A stretch of 64,000 bases of DNA from Oopsacas minuta (taxonomy: Eukaryota > Animalia > Porifera), in contig JAKMXF010000301.1 of the NCBI GenBank assembly GCA_024704765.1, forward strand, positions 155,807 through 219,806, given 5' to 3'. Shown here piece by piece: positions 49,000-61,630 of this stretch. Each line of letters begins with the position of its first letter. Position 1 is the first letter of the stretch. The notes under the pieces are model-generated. The model was not told the origin of the DNA. It saw only the letters and a list, made by a program, of their open reading frames with translations, and searched no databases. The position numbers and the translations under genes are program-made.

Positions 49000-51900
49000 G
49001 ATCATAATGGTGGTGCAGTGTTTCACATTCCTTCTGGCCCGCAAGATATCATCCATAAGTGGAAACGATTTCTGCATAGAGATGGTAAGTATTTCTTTAG
49101 AACTTGGACATAAATTAAATTGATATTTCTACGATTTAGGCTTAATTTGTCATTACCTAAAAGTGTAATTATATGATAGATCTTCACACGATGAAAAACA
49201 TTTTGTTTGTGCTAGCACTTTGATTCTGATGATATAGTTTGTACGCAAATTTATCTTGACATTGATGATCAAACGAAGATACGATCAATAAAGGCTACTC
49301 TGAAGAAAGGTGCAATACCTAAATATCTTCCTGGTTATCCTGATCATCTTAATGATCTCACCATTAAATATTCAAGGTTTGATAGAGACAAAAAGAAACG
49401 TGATTTACAGATCCAAGTATGCCAAGTTGTGCCAAATATTTAAGTTGTAGTCTCACATGTTTTATGGTATTGTACTATATAGGCAATTAAACAGAGCGTT
49501 GATGTATTTGAAAAAGTGCAGAGAAAATTCACTGTCTCTAATTTAGATGACATAAACACTAAATCACATGACATAATGATCCCCCAAAAATGGGTTGTTT
49601 GGAATATGGGTGATGTAATTAGTATCGTCCATCCAACAACAAATAGTGGAGCTATATCTGTACAAGATAGTTTCACTATTGACAAATTTCTTCAAGTGAG
49701 ATGTTACCATTATGAAATATTAGTGAATCTATCAATCAAATCTATGTGTGATATGCGTCAAATCTCTACATTGATTGATGAATTGCCTAATTACACTGAG
49801 TATAATGCAGTTGATATTGGTAAGACATATTCCCCATCCACTCTACAGTTTATAAACATTGTTTCGAACATTACCTAACTCTTACAATCTATTTAGAGCT
49901 TTCACATTGCATTTCTTCCATGAAACAAGCTATTTCCTTGCTGGAACAAGTATTCGATCAGACTGGTAGGCTTCATAATACCGTTAAAGGACAAAAGTAT
50001 TTGACCACTTGCCGTATTTATACTAAATATATCAAACTAAAATCGAATTACTCTGATGTATTAAAAAACTATTAGTTATAAAGCAGAGAAATTGCGTGAA
50101 CAAGATTTATTTATGCAGATTGACGGATATGGATGTATAAGAATATAACAAAATATTTGCATTCTGAAATAGTCGAATACTTTTGTCTTTTAACTGTATA
50201 TAAGATATAAATTCATGTGAGTACAATTACAAGTTAAATTATGGTTCTAGGTACCTACAAGTTCCCCAACCTATTTTCCCAGCTCTATTTTATTTTGTGC
50301 CAGCTAGAAAACTCTACTGTAAAGAAAATACGTCGCCGGTATAATATGGTTACAATGATATTATCTTTAAAGTGTCATTTATCATCTTCTGCTTGTTACA
50401 GACAACTTCGCAATATGGATTGTGTTTCTCTGCCTCACGAATAATCATTATTTCGGTTATATTCTGACTTTGGCCTTGACACGGATTTCTTGACTTATCT
50501 CGGAGCAGAAACAACCGAATTTAAACAGTATGAACGTCATGTTTGCCTTAACATTGATGAGATTCATGTGAAATCTTGCATTAGTTATAAAGGTTCGTTG
50601 TTGTATTATTTCAATTCATGAAGTCATTTTATATATTTTGTGTTTATAGGAGGAAGTTTATTGATACTGCTGAATGTTCAAAATCAGATGAGATGGAAGC
50701 AGCCAAAACTCTTTTATGCTTTATGGTTACCAGCTTGTATAAGAAATGGTCTAGTGTTGTGCGTTTGTTCCCACTAACTAATCCTAAAGCAACAGATTTA
50801 CTTCCAATTACTCAGCGGATAATTTGTGATATCGAAAAGTCTGGATTAATTGTAGATGCGATTGTCTCAGATAACTATCCTTTGAATGTGAATCTTCAAG
50901 TTACTTGGGAATAACACAGATCTTCTACCCTGTGTCCCTCATCCCAATAGTAGTGGACGCTCTCTTTATTTAGTTTTTGATTTTGTACACATCATCAAGT
51001 CTATTAGGAATATTTGGGTCAATCAAAAAGATGATGACTGTACATTCTTTTATCCAAACTTTGAAGATATTTCCAATTCTACTCACCCAGTACGATTGTC
51101 AAAAACATATTTTCAGGTATTTTAATTATTAAGATACTTCATCTACACTTTTTACTTCATTTAGCATTTGAGGCTACTATTCAAATTAGACCAATTTTCT
51201 GTTGCAAAACTAGCACTAAAGCTAAATTACAAATCATGCTGGCCATCTGTCCTAGATAAACAGAATGTTAAGCTTGCACTTCGGATAGTTGATTACGCTA
51301 ATGTAGCTGCCTTGACCTTACGGTAATCGAAAGATTATATTCAAAGCTATCGGACTGGTATAACTTCGATTTGTCAAGTCTGGAAGCTTTTCAATGTCAA
51401 CACTCCTTGGAAGGGCGTTCGTCTCAATGATTGAGATTCTCTACCACTTGTGCAGGATGATCACAGGTTTAATTTTACATCTATAACAGTTCGTTGGCTA
51501 GAGTACTGGAAAAGCTTACCATTTACACGAGGAAAACTAACAGCTCAGACCTTGCTAGCTTTCGCCATTCAAGCGTTGCTCTACCAAAACTTTTAGAATA
51601 TTTGACTGGAGGATGTGGATTCTCTTATATATTGTCATCTTTGATACAAATTGATCCAATTGAACACCATTTTGGATTATATAGACAGGTGTCAGGATCG
51701 AACTATAATGTTTCTGTATGTCAAGTACTAGAAAGTGAAAGGCTACTACTATAACTGTCCAATATTCTCAAGTTATCTCATAGGAAAGATTATAACCGTA
51801 AAGATAGAGGCTCCTTTATAGAATTTATCAGTACATTTCAAATCCAGGATAACGATATTGATCTTCGTTGTACAACTAGTTGTGGTGATAGGAGGATGCT

Positions 51901-52400
51901 AATCACTTTGCATGTGTTCTCTCTTTGAAGATTTTCCCCCCGAATTCTGAAACAAGACAAGCTCTAGCTTTCGTCGGAGGGTATGCAGCTTTTTCTTTGA
52001 TAAGGAAATTAACTAAAAACTTCAGAATTGTGTACAAAATGTTACTCTCTGCTAACTGAGGATAAGTCTATAGAGATAGGAGATCTAAATATTAATTTTC
52101 GCTAATCAATTCCTAGATCGTGGCGGATTTAAATGGCCATCTAAACAAGTTCTTAATTCTGTTTTACAATCTGGAAAGTGATTACAATATTGAACTTTCG
52201 CCAATTCTCAATGATTTTCTACGATCGGATTCAAGATCAATATTGGTGCAGCTAACTCTTCTTAAACTTGATAGTGAGGAGTTTGAAGAGTGTTTCGATT
52301 GCTGTACAGAAGGAAAAGGCTTATTCCATTCACTTTTGACAACAGTAGCCAATTGTTTACTTAACAATAAGGTCAAAAATCCAAATATCCCCACTACCTA
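49000..52400 (+). pseudogene. THAP-domain P-element-like transposase remnant with introns
   Basis: VFHIP..W, VC..HF, LKKGAIPKYLPGYP, SSACYRQLR, LNIDEIHVK, KTLLCFMV, SDNYPLN, DFVHIIKSIRN, DKQNVKLA, QIDPIEHHFGLYRQ. Confidence 0.78.
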
Positions 52401-52599
52401 TTCCAAAGAAATCAAAGGAAATATCTCAAATTTTCTTCTAAATAATTTAATTGTATTCATCATTATATTTATAGTGTAATATTTTATACTTGTATTTGTA
52501 CTAGGAAGCAATTAAATACCCATACTGCTATATTTATGATAATAATACTAAAATAAGAAGAAGAATATAGTAATTTGTAATGATATAAATGTGTTGTAG

Positions 52600-53110
52600 T
52601 CTAGAAGGGGGCGCTGCTTTAGTTCGAATTTTAAGGTTGTCATTAGTTAGAATCAATTTTTAGTCTATTGTAACAAGTTAGAATCAATTTTCAGTCTATT
52701 GTAACAAGTTCGAATCGAATTCAGGCTCTTGTCACAAGTCAGAATCTACTTTCCGAGATATCGCATGGCAAAACGAGGCCCGGCAAAAACTTTTTATTTT
52801 AGTAATTATAAACCCGTACCATTGGGAGTGGACTGGGGATTTAGTTCACTACCTTATGGATCTGGGAGTTTTCATTTGTATTCGTTATTAAGCTACCTAG
52901 GGGCGGGGATGTGGACTTCATAGTAATTTCGTGTTTGGATGGACTTTTGTTGGACTAATTATTAGTAAATTCTGCAGAATGGTGGACCATGATTTTTTGT
53001 TTTAAAACTTGTGACAGCAGTCGGGAAATCGATTCTAACTTGTTACAATTCAGAACATTCTAACTAATCACAACCTCAAAATTCGAACCAATGCATGCAC
53101 CTCGCCTAGA
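52600..53110. mobile_element. ~500-bp non-autonomous element with inverted ends and short internal tandem repeats
   Basis: GTTCGAATTTTAAGGTTGTCATTAGTTAGAAT (~52622) versus TTCTAACTAATCACAACCTCAAAATTCGAAC (~53059), plus about 2.5 copies of a ~31-bp unit at ~52646-52720. Confidence 0.45.
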
Positions 53111-54911
53111 AAAAGTCGACTAGATCTTATCCCTGGTAAAATTAGTGAAATGGCCTTATGTTTAGTAGGCTATGTATTAACCAACAATGATACATTTATT
53201 CGTGCCTAAATGTACCAATTTTGTATTATCGTGAATACTATTGTTGCCGATCATATTTTTGGACTTCAAATAATACATGGTTTCGAATAATTGTAAGGCC
53301 CTATATGACGATGGTAGCGATCTATACCATTAAAACGCAAATAATCTATGTATATGTTGCAGTGTAAATGCGAGTTTGGTGTGATTGCAATCACACCAAC
53401 TATCTAGTGTACTTGCAATCACACTGGTGTACTCGCAATCACACCAACCTATTGGTGTAAGTGCGAGCTTTAAATAGAATCAATATATGTATATTGCGTA
53501 TTCATTGTCTTCCGTAGCTCATTTTATGGAATAAAAGTCACTGTGGATGACATCATTGACATGGCTAGTTTGATGTTTATCAAACACAGTTTACGCACGT
53601 AGAGATGATGATTTCCCCATTTCTATTTTTGATACATTCTTAATAGTATCTTGTTTCAATAACAAACTCCATTAGCTGGGCAACGCATCAGTTATTGTGG
53701 AATAGTAACTCAATTTTCTATGAAGCATGTTATTGTAATTCGGAGATGTTGTATAGGAATGTGATATTATGTCAACTACCAAAATAATTATATATTTTAA
53801 ACCTAAATTAGTGTATATCAAATTATTTCATATAAATTTAAGTCATACAAAGCTTTAAAAATACACTTACACTTCATGAAGTAAATGAAATATTTCTAGA
53901 TAGCCATCGAAATAAGGCCTCAATATTAGATGGTAAAATGTATACTATATTTACTGGTCGCGGTGGCGCTGCTTGTCAGTGTTGCTTCGCAGGTCAAACT
54001 GATGTGTCAGACCCTGATGTTGTAATAGCAGGCTTTCCGCTTAATTGCACATTGCAAGCGATCAAAGATACAGTCGTAGAGCTAACTTCTGATGGAAAGG
54101 AGCATACAGCTTATCCTTCCAGACAACGAGCTGGAATCACTCATGAACCTGCAAGTTCAATTGAAGTCTTTCCTAAGCATCCTTACACTCATACTTACGT
54201 ATACTTTATTGGTTTCTGAAAATATTTTCCTGGATAGCAACGGGAAGATGTAGCTGGGCTGATTATGAAATTGTTAGGAACAGCCATAAACTGATTACAC
54301 AATGGATTAAAGAAGTTACGAATATTCAGTTTGACCAACATGGAGGAAGTAGGAATACTAGCACTGGTAATTTATCCGTTAATTATTTTCTGATGATCTC
54401 TCTTTTAAAACAGCGCTCTCCTTATACCTCAAGAAGTTGAAAGTCTTAAATTTTTGCATAGTAATATTTCTGCCCTTCTTCCAGGTTTGGGCTTTAACCC
54501 TGGATAAGTATATAGGTTCAGCCCCGCCTAAAACCCGGTTTAACTACGGTTAATCAAACTATGGAAGTTTCTCCTTTTCGAAACTCAATTTTAATATTAC
54601 TTTATCCATATAATAATTTGGGAAAGAATGATTTAGTTCGCACTAGATAACGTCTGGTTTAAAGTCAATTGTACGATTGCAGATCATTTTTAATGAAGGC
54701 TTAAAATATTTTCTGTGTTTACAATTTAATCAATTTATTGTTTTGAAATCCTAAATTAGAGTCTCTACCACAGTTTAGGTAGTTGATCCAATTATATGAG
54801 GTTTAGCATAGTGTAATAACCAATTTTAACCATAATATAGGGTTTAACATAGTTTAACACACTAAATGATGTTTAAACCGGGGGGTGAGTTAAACTAGCC
54901 AGCCCTGTTTT

Positions 54912-55290
54912 CTTCGTGTAGCAATTTCCTCTCAGAACATCCATGTTGGTAACTTCAAGACACTATGCGAAGAAAATCTTTTTCTGTTAGATCATTACCC
55001 CCTGGGTCTCAATAACTCTCACAGTACATAAATTTCTATCACATACCTATCAATGTATTGAACTGAATGATAATCGTTGCCTTAAGAAATTCTCTGAAGA
55101 AGGTTTGGAGCAGGCATACGCAGGTTTAGCTTGTATCTATGGCGAAAATCAGATTTTCTTTCAGAAGAGAAAGATATTCTCCCGAATATACGTATTAGGA
55201 GGGCCAGTACTCAATGAGAAGTTTCATAAGTGTCTCAAATGTTAGAAATGTGGAGAGTTGGGACATCAATGAGGTTGTAAAGCGGAATAA
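54912..55290 (+). pseudogene. Second RAG1-like/Transib C-terminal remnant with zinc-finger-like tail
   Basis: LRVAISSQNIHVGNFKTLCEE..HYPWVSITLTVHKFLSH..KKFSEEGLE..IRRF..RKS..GPVL..C*KCGELGHQ*GC; collinear with the 29993-30412 translation. Confidence 0.72.
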
Positions 55291-57013
55291 ACTGTGAAAG
55301 TTCAGATATTGATCGTATGTCAAATACTTGCTAGAAGTCAGTGATAATGATTAAACAACTGTGGTGAAACATTATGATCAGTTAGCTTGTATTTTGTGAG
55401 TCATGTAAATAATAGTTAAGCATTAAAACAGACAAATTTCTTCGTCCTTTTGGCAGTGGGTTATTCGCTTCCAGTAGAGGAAATTTTCATAATACCATCT
55501 TGTCAATATTTATATTGAAAAGATTCCAAATATGTAGGTGTATCTAAATCTACAATTGCTTTTTATCTGAATCAATTTACATGAGTGTTGTACTATCTCA
55601 TAGTCTCACCAAATTATGTTAATTTTTGAGCCTTTTGGTATCATATTTTTTGTCAGCCAACTTAAATTCTTACAAATATTATTTCATCCTTCAAAATACT
55701 ATCAAACTTATACTGGTTGGAGTTCTAATGTTACTTTTACAACTCAAACCCAATTTCCTTTAAATATAATTATTTTCTATACTTAAATTCTGTGATGATA
55801 CAGCAGTACTATGGGTTATATAATATGATAATGCAACTTATTTTGTTGTGGACAAAAGTTTCTCTCAATTTCTCGCACTATTTAGGAAATCTTTCGGGGC
55901 TGAACACGAATTGACCAAGTTTATGTTATCGCTCTGGGCCGGTTCATCGTTCTGGACTGATCCATCGGTCTGTACCCGTCCGGACCATCCAGAAAATATA
56001 ATGATGGTCCGGTCCGGTCCTGTCGATGAATTTCCTGGATCACCTGCAAACACTGGGTTAAATTCAATCTAAAAATAAAGAAAAGGAGCGCGATTGGAGC
56101 TTCATTTATCCTGCAGCGGGAGCTCTGTTGATATGATATTAAATTTTGGGCCAGTCCTGTGAAACCAGTTAACTTGTGATATTTGATCCTGCTCATCTAT
56201 CACCACTTCAAAAACAAACTCAAAAAACACCTATTGAGCAATCTTATATGATAACTTGTTAATATCTTCTTTCTTTCCCCTATTTTGGTCATTGACGCCA
56301 TTATATTCACTCTGTAATAGTCACGATTATGCACTGATTCTGGATTATTATTAGTATTCTGGCTTCATTGCAAGATCTATTTATAAAATTATACTCTTGA
56401 ATGGTATAAATTTTTCGCTGTTAATTGCATATTATTTATTTCTTAATTTGGAAAAAATTGCACACATTTTGACCTGTGGATGGTATGTTATTGCATACAT
56501 AACTTTATGACCTCAGTATTCTGGACAAGAATTAGCAAGAGGACGGCACCATTAAAGACCTATACCTTCTGCCTTACCAGGGTTCTCGCCATGATTATGT
56601 AATAGGGGGATGCACCGTACACACTCTGTGTACAATACGCGTTAAAATACACCCTTAAGGAATAAAGAAGTATATTGCCCGTTTTTTGGGTGAATATATA
56701 ACATCGAATTACTAGGCTATTATACGGTGTTACGGGATAATTCTACTAGAAAAGACCTTTCTTAATTATTGTAGTGCGACTGTTTTAGATTACACTGCTC
56801 AACAATTTTTTTTTCATTTTTTGTTGCATGAGATTTTTCAATTGATTCTATATAATTTTGGGATGCTGATTTCAAATCTGCAATCAGTTTCTTTCTGCAT
56901 GCTCTAGTTTTCATGCAATCGACAATTTAAATTTTTTCGTTTGTGGTACTTATTTAGTACATAAATCTGATCTCCACCAAATACTTTTTATCTATCAAGC
57001 CATTTTTCTTAGA

Positions 57014-57178
57014 TTGTAGCTGTTACTATGATATAGTAATGGCTTCAATCTATTGAAAACAAAATCACCACTCTATTGTTCTCTGAAAACATGACACTAT
57101 TAGCGAAGTGTCAAAATTTAAATAAATCAAAAATCATCATGTTGATTTTTTTGAAATGATTTAATTCAAACAACCCTA
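57014..57178. mobile_element. Terminal fragment of the 17472-19624 hAT family inside the Chapaev3
   Basis: About 90% match by eye to ~19462-19624, ending in CAACCCTA (hAT end TAGGGTTG). Confidence 0.8.
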
Positions 57179-57356
57179 AGTGATTGTAGTGAAGTATCGT
57201 GGATAGATGCAGCAGAATAGGCATTTAAGCTGTATTTTTCCGCTCGTCTGCTGGTAGCCTTAATTAGAACCAAGGTTTTGTTATTCAGTTTGTTTGTGTT
57301 AAGTTACATAGATATCAACAGACTTTCTTTCGATTCTTAACTCTTCAGATTTGATC

Positions 57357-59077
57357 ATGGCTTCTTCTAGTAGACATAAATGCAAAAATAACCCTGATTC
57401 ATTTTGTTACATCTGTGGTGTGTATACGCTTTCGCGTCAAAGACGAAATATAACATCGTTTGTGAAGCGTGCCTACTAGCATACTTTGGTATCCCTCTTG
57501 GTGATCAAGATAAGAAATGGTCTCCTCATATTGTGTGCCATAACTGCGAAGAAATGCTCCGAGACTGGACAAAAGGAAAGCGGAAGGGTCTGCCTTTTGC
57601 CATTCCAATGGTGTGGCGTGAACCCCAAGACCACACGACTGACTGCTACTTTTGCATGGTCAATACAAAAGGTGTTGGCAAGAAGAGCCGACAAACGCTT
57701 TCTTATCCTAGTATACCATCAGCTATGCGACCTGTCCCGCACTCTGATAGACTTCCTCCTACGGTCTTTAGTGGTTTTGCTTTTCCTGATGATGGAGAAA
57801 CTAAATTGGAAAGGGAAGAGATCGTAGAAATGGAATATCAAAAAACAGACACAGAATCAGAATCTGAAGATTCTTCTCGTGAAACCAGAGTAACTGTCCA
57901 GCAGTTTAATCAATCAGAACTGAATGACTTAGTACGTGATTTAGATCTGCCCAAGCAAGCAGCTGAGCTCTTCGCCTCCAGGCTCAAAGAAAAACAGGTG
58001 CTGGATCAATCTGTAAAGGTTTCCTTTTTTCGAAAAAGAGAAGAACTCCTTCTACCCTATTTTTCAGTGGAAAATAAGCTGGTATATTGCAACGATATTC
58101 CTGGTCTTCTCGGACAACTGGGTATCTCCTCATATGATCCAGGAGAATGGCGATTGTTTTTGGACAGTTCCAAGCGCAGCCTCAAGTGTGTTCTTTTACA
58201 CAATGGAAATGTTTATGGAGCTGTTCCAATTGGTCACTCCACTGTCTTGAAGGAACAGCATGATGACATTAGAATTGTTATGGATTTACTCGGATATCAT
58301 GATCACAACTGGATCATTTGTGTTGACCTCAAAATGGTTAGTTTTCTGCTAGGTCAGCAAAAAGGATACACTAAATTTCCATGTTATCTGTGCATGTGGG
58401 ACAGCAGAGCACGTGAAAAACATTGGATACAGAAGGAGTGGCCCTTACGTGAAACATTTCAAGCTGGCATGCCTAACGTAACACACGACCCGATCGTAAG
58501 CAGAGACAAAATTGTTTTTCCACCCCTGCACATCAAGCTAGGTCTGATGAAACAGTTCGTTAAAGCCCTAAATCCTGACAATGAATCCTTTCATCATCTT
58601 GTGTATACTTTCCCTGCTTTGTCATATGATAAAATAAAAGCAGGAGTGTTTGATGGACCACAGATACGTACACTTATTCGCGACAAAAACTTCATTCAGA
58701 AAATGAATGTCAGGGAGAAAGCTGCATGGCTATCTTTTGTGGATGTTATACAGCACTTTCTTGGTAACAGAAAAGCTCCAAACTATGAAATGCTTGTATC
58801 CAAGATGCTCTCAGGGTTTCGTGATTTGGGATGCAACATGAGCATAAAAGTACATTTTCTGTACAGCCACCTGGACAAATTCCCTGAAAACCTTGGGGCT
58901 GTCAGTGACGAACAGGGAGAGCGTTTCCACCAGGATCTTATGACAGTGGAAGAACGTTACCAAGGTCGATGGGATCGACATATGATGGCAGACTATTGTT
59001 GGGGCATTAAACGTGACTGTCCTCACAAAGCGTACAAACGCAGAAGTTATAAGAGGAAATCTTGTCCAGATTTGTAG
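57357..59077 (+). pseudogene. Chapaev3 transposase, near-intact (one frameshift near 57476)
   Basis: ATG at 57357: MASSSRHKCKNNPDSFCYICG...KRAY, then shifts into the long ORF (LAYFGIPLGDQDKKW...SDEQGERFHQD...RRSYKRKSCPDL*). Confidence 0.85.
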
Positions 59078-59551
59078 AATATTTGAATCTTTTGCATCTT
59101 GTCATTGATCGCTTTAAGTTACTATTGTAGATTGCCATCGTTCTTTTCTACGTTATTTTGCAAAAAAAAAATCAATTTTTACATGCATATTACCAGCAAA
59201 ACTGTTGTTTTTTTACATTTTTTAAAACATTTGTTGCCCATCTGTCTACAAATACAATTTCTATTGGCAACATAAAAGTTTTTTGGCACCTATTTTTGTT
59301 TTGAGGCTAGTTATTCAACTGTAAGCAGAACATCATTTGACAAATCATGTCACTTTTTCAAAAAATATGAATTTTGTGCAAAAAATTTAAAAATCTCGAT
59401 TTGCAAAAAATCTAGAGCTTGCGGAAAAAAACTAAGGTCGGATTCGGATTCAGCGCCCCAATATTAGGTAAAAACAAGTGTTGGTAGAAATGCAACAAAA
59501 TTTTTGTTGAGCAGTGTTATTTAACTGCGTGATTTAGAGCTGAATCCTGAT

Positions 59552-61630
59552 ATGCCGCTAAAAAAGCTTAAGCTTTCTGGGGGACAACAAAATATTGGGC
59601 ATGAATCCTTCACATCACAAGAATCTATCGAGCCGAACTCTGATACTGATTGTCCCTGCTCTGAGTCATCTTCTTTTGTAAAATTGGATGCGGGTTCTTT
59701 CAGTGAGTCTGAATCCTCTAGCTCAAGACGTGGTACTACAACTTCCTGGAGATCGTTTGGAGAGTCAAAATGGCGTGATATTTATCCGCAGTTATTGTTG
59801 AAAGAAGATGGCCATTACTGTCAGTAATGTATCCACAATAAACATGAAGTTAGAAGCCGTTCGGGAGTGTTTATTACTATGCCATTTACAGGAAACAGAC
59901 CTGACAAACTTGGGAGACATGAGTCGTGCAAAGCTCACGCAGATAGTCAGATGGTTTATCAGGAGTGGAAGACAGAGTAGCAAATAAATCTACTGTAGTA
60001 AGCATGGTGGAAAGAAGAAACATACTGACAGTAGACGAATTTGCCTTCTGTGCTATGCGTTGCATGTACTATCTCAACAAACATGAAATAGCCCATACCA
60101 CAAATTTTTCAGATCTGAGAGAGTTGTATGTACTACTAGGTAACAAGAGTCTATCAGTGCTGAAATAATCTGGCAATACAAACTATGAATCCGAGCAGAT
60201 AATGGGAGAAATAGTTGAAGTGATAGGCATAACTCTAGAAGAGGAGATTCTCAGTGAAGTAAATAAATCGCGTTTTTATTCTATCATCCTTGTGAGGCTA
60301 CAGATATATCTGTGACTAAACAGCTTGGTATTAGTATTCAGTATCTGGATAATAATTCAGTTGTTCGCACCAGGAATCTAAAATTGCTAGAAATCATCCA
60401 TGGAACAGCAGATGTAATTACAGAAGCCGTGATTTCCTACCTAGCCTCTAAAGCACCAGTTACACTTGATATTAGCAAGCTAGCAGGTGGTGCTACTGAT
60501 GGAGCCTCAGTCATGGTGGGATGTGAACATGGTGTGGTGACTAGAATCAAGCAAGTAGTGCCTACATTCATCGCTACACACTGTAGTGCACATAGGTTAT
60601 CTCTTGCAACCTGTGATACTTGTAATGCATCTACAATGATCCAAAGATTCCAACGAATTCTGAATCAAATCTATGTCTTTTTTTCAGGGAGTACTGTGCG
60701 TACTTCAGAATTTGTGAGATGCAAAAGGCACTGAATGAACCTCATTTGAAGTTACAACGCCCTATAGAGACAAGGTAGCTGTCACATCAAGGTGCAATAG
60801 ATGCTCTTCGAAGAACCATAAAGGCTGTATATGCAACGTTATAGCATGAGGCTGCTGAGGGAGAAGCAACTGCCCATGGGCTTTGCAATGAAATTGTAAA
60901 CCCTACATTCATTGCATCACTACTGCTTCTCTCAAACATTCTTGCTATACTGGGGAACCTTTTTCGAACATTCCAGCTAGCACAACTCAACTTACTTGCT
61001 GTGGAGCAGTTAGTTGAGGATGCTAAAGTAGCATTATGTGTGATTAAAGAAGACCCTCTACATGGTGGATATATGATGGACCTAGAAGCAACAATGAAGA
61101 AATTGAAGTTACTACTCCACTTGAAGAAACTAGCTTTATTAAGAATGCCAAATCATACATTGGTGTCATCATAACTAATTTAGAGAATAGGTTTCCTCAT
61201 GTTAGAACACTCACGCTGCTTGGATACTTTGATCCACGAAATGTCCAATCTGCTACCCAAGTTAACATGTTGGAGATTGGAGATACATTACAGATCGACG
61301 GGCATAAACTTTGGCAAGAGTACACAGGGTACAAGTCATTTGTTCAAAGCTTGCCAATGCCTTGGAGTGTGGAGGTAGCTGTTCATGTTATGCATTCCCC
61401 ACCAAACAGAGAAACGATGGCAGTAGCATATCCACTAATTTCAAACATTTTGGGACGTATTGCAGTATTACCTGCATCGAGTGCGCAGGTTGAAATACTT
61501 TTTCTACTATGAAAAGGATTAAATCTGCACAGAGAAACCGTTTGAAATCTAAAACATTGGATCACCTTATGCGAATTTCTATTGAAGGTCCCTCTGTCCA
61601 AAACTGGGACCCATACCCAGCTCTAAAGAA
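59552..61630 (+). pseudogene. ZNF862-like hAT transposase pseudogene
   Basis: Zinc-finger-like YCQ*C..RHESCKAH, HEIAHTTNF, ATDISVTKQL, ATDGASVMVG, HCSAHRLSLA, LPASSAQVE..MKRIKSAQRNRL. Confidence 0.85.

Larger units (their letters stand above)
56793..59516 (+). mobile_element. Chapaev3-like element, both ends present
   Basis: TIR CACTGCTCAACAA and 3-bp TSD TTA (56790-56792, 59517-59519). Confidence 0.87.

Noticed and set aside
52646-52735. CRISPR-like array of ~31-bp repeats
   Set aside because: Units are head-to-tail with no unique spacers, there are no cas genes, and the context is eukaryotic.
57786-57801. CTGATGA...GAAAC as a third hammerhead
   Set aside because: Only 4 nt (TGGA) separate the motifs, so no stem II can form; it lies in the Chapaev3 coding frame.
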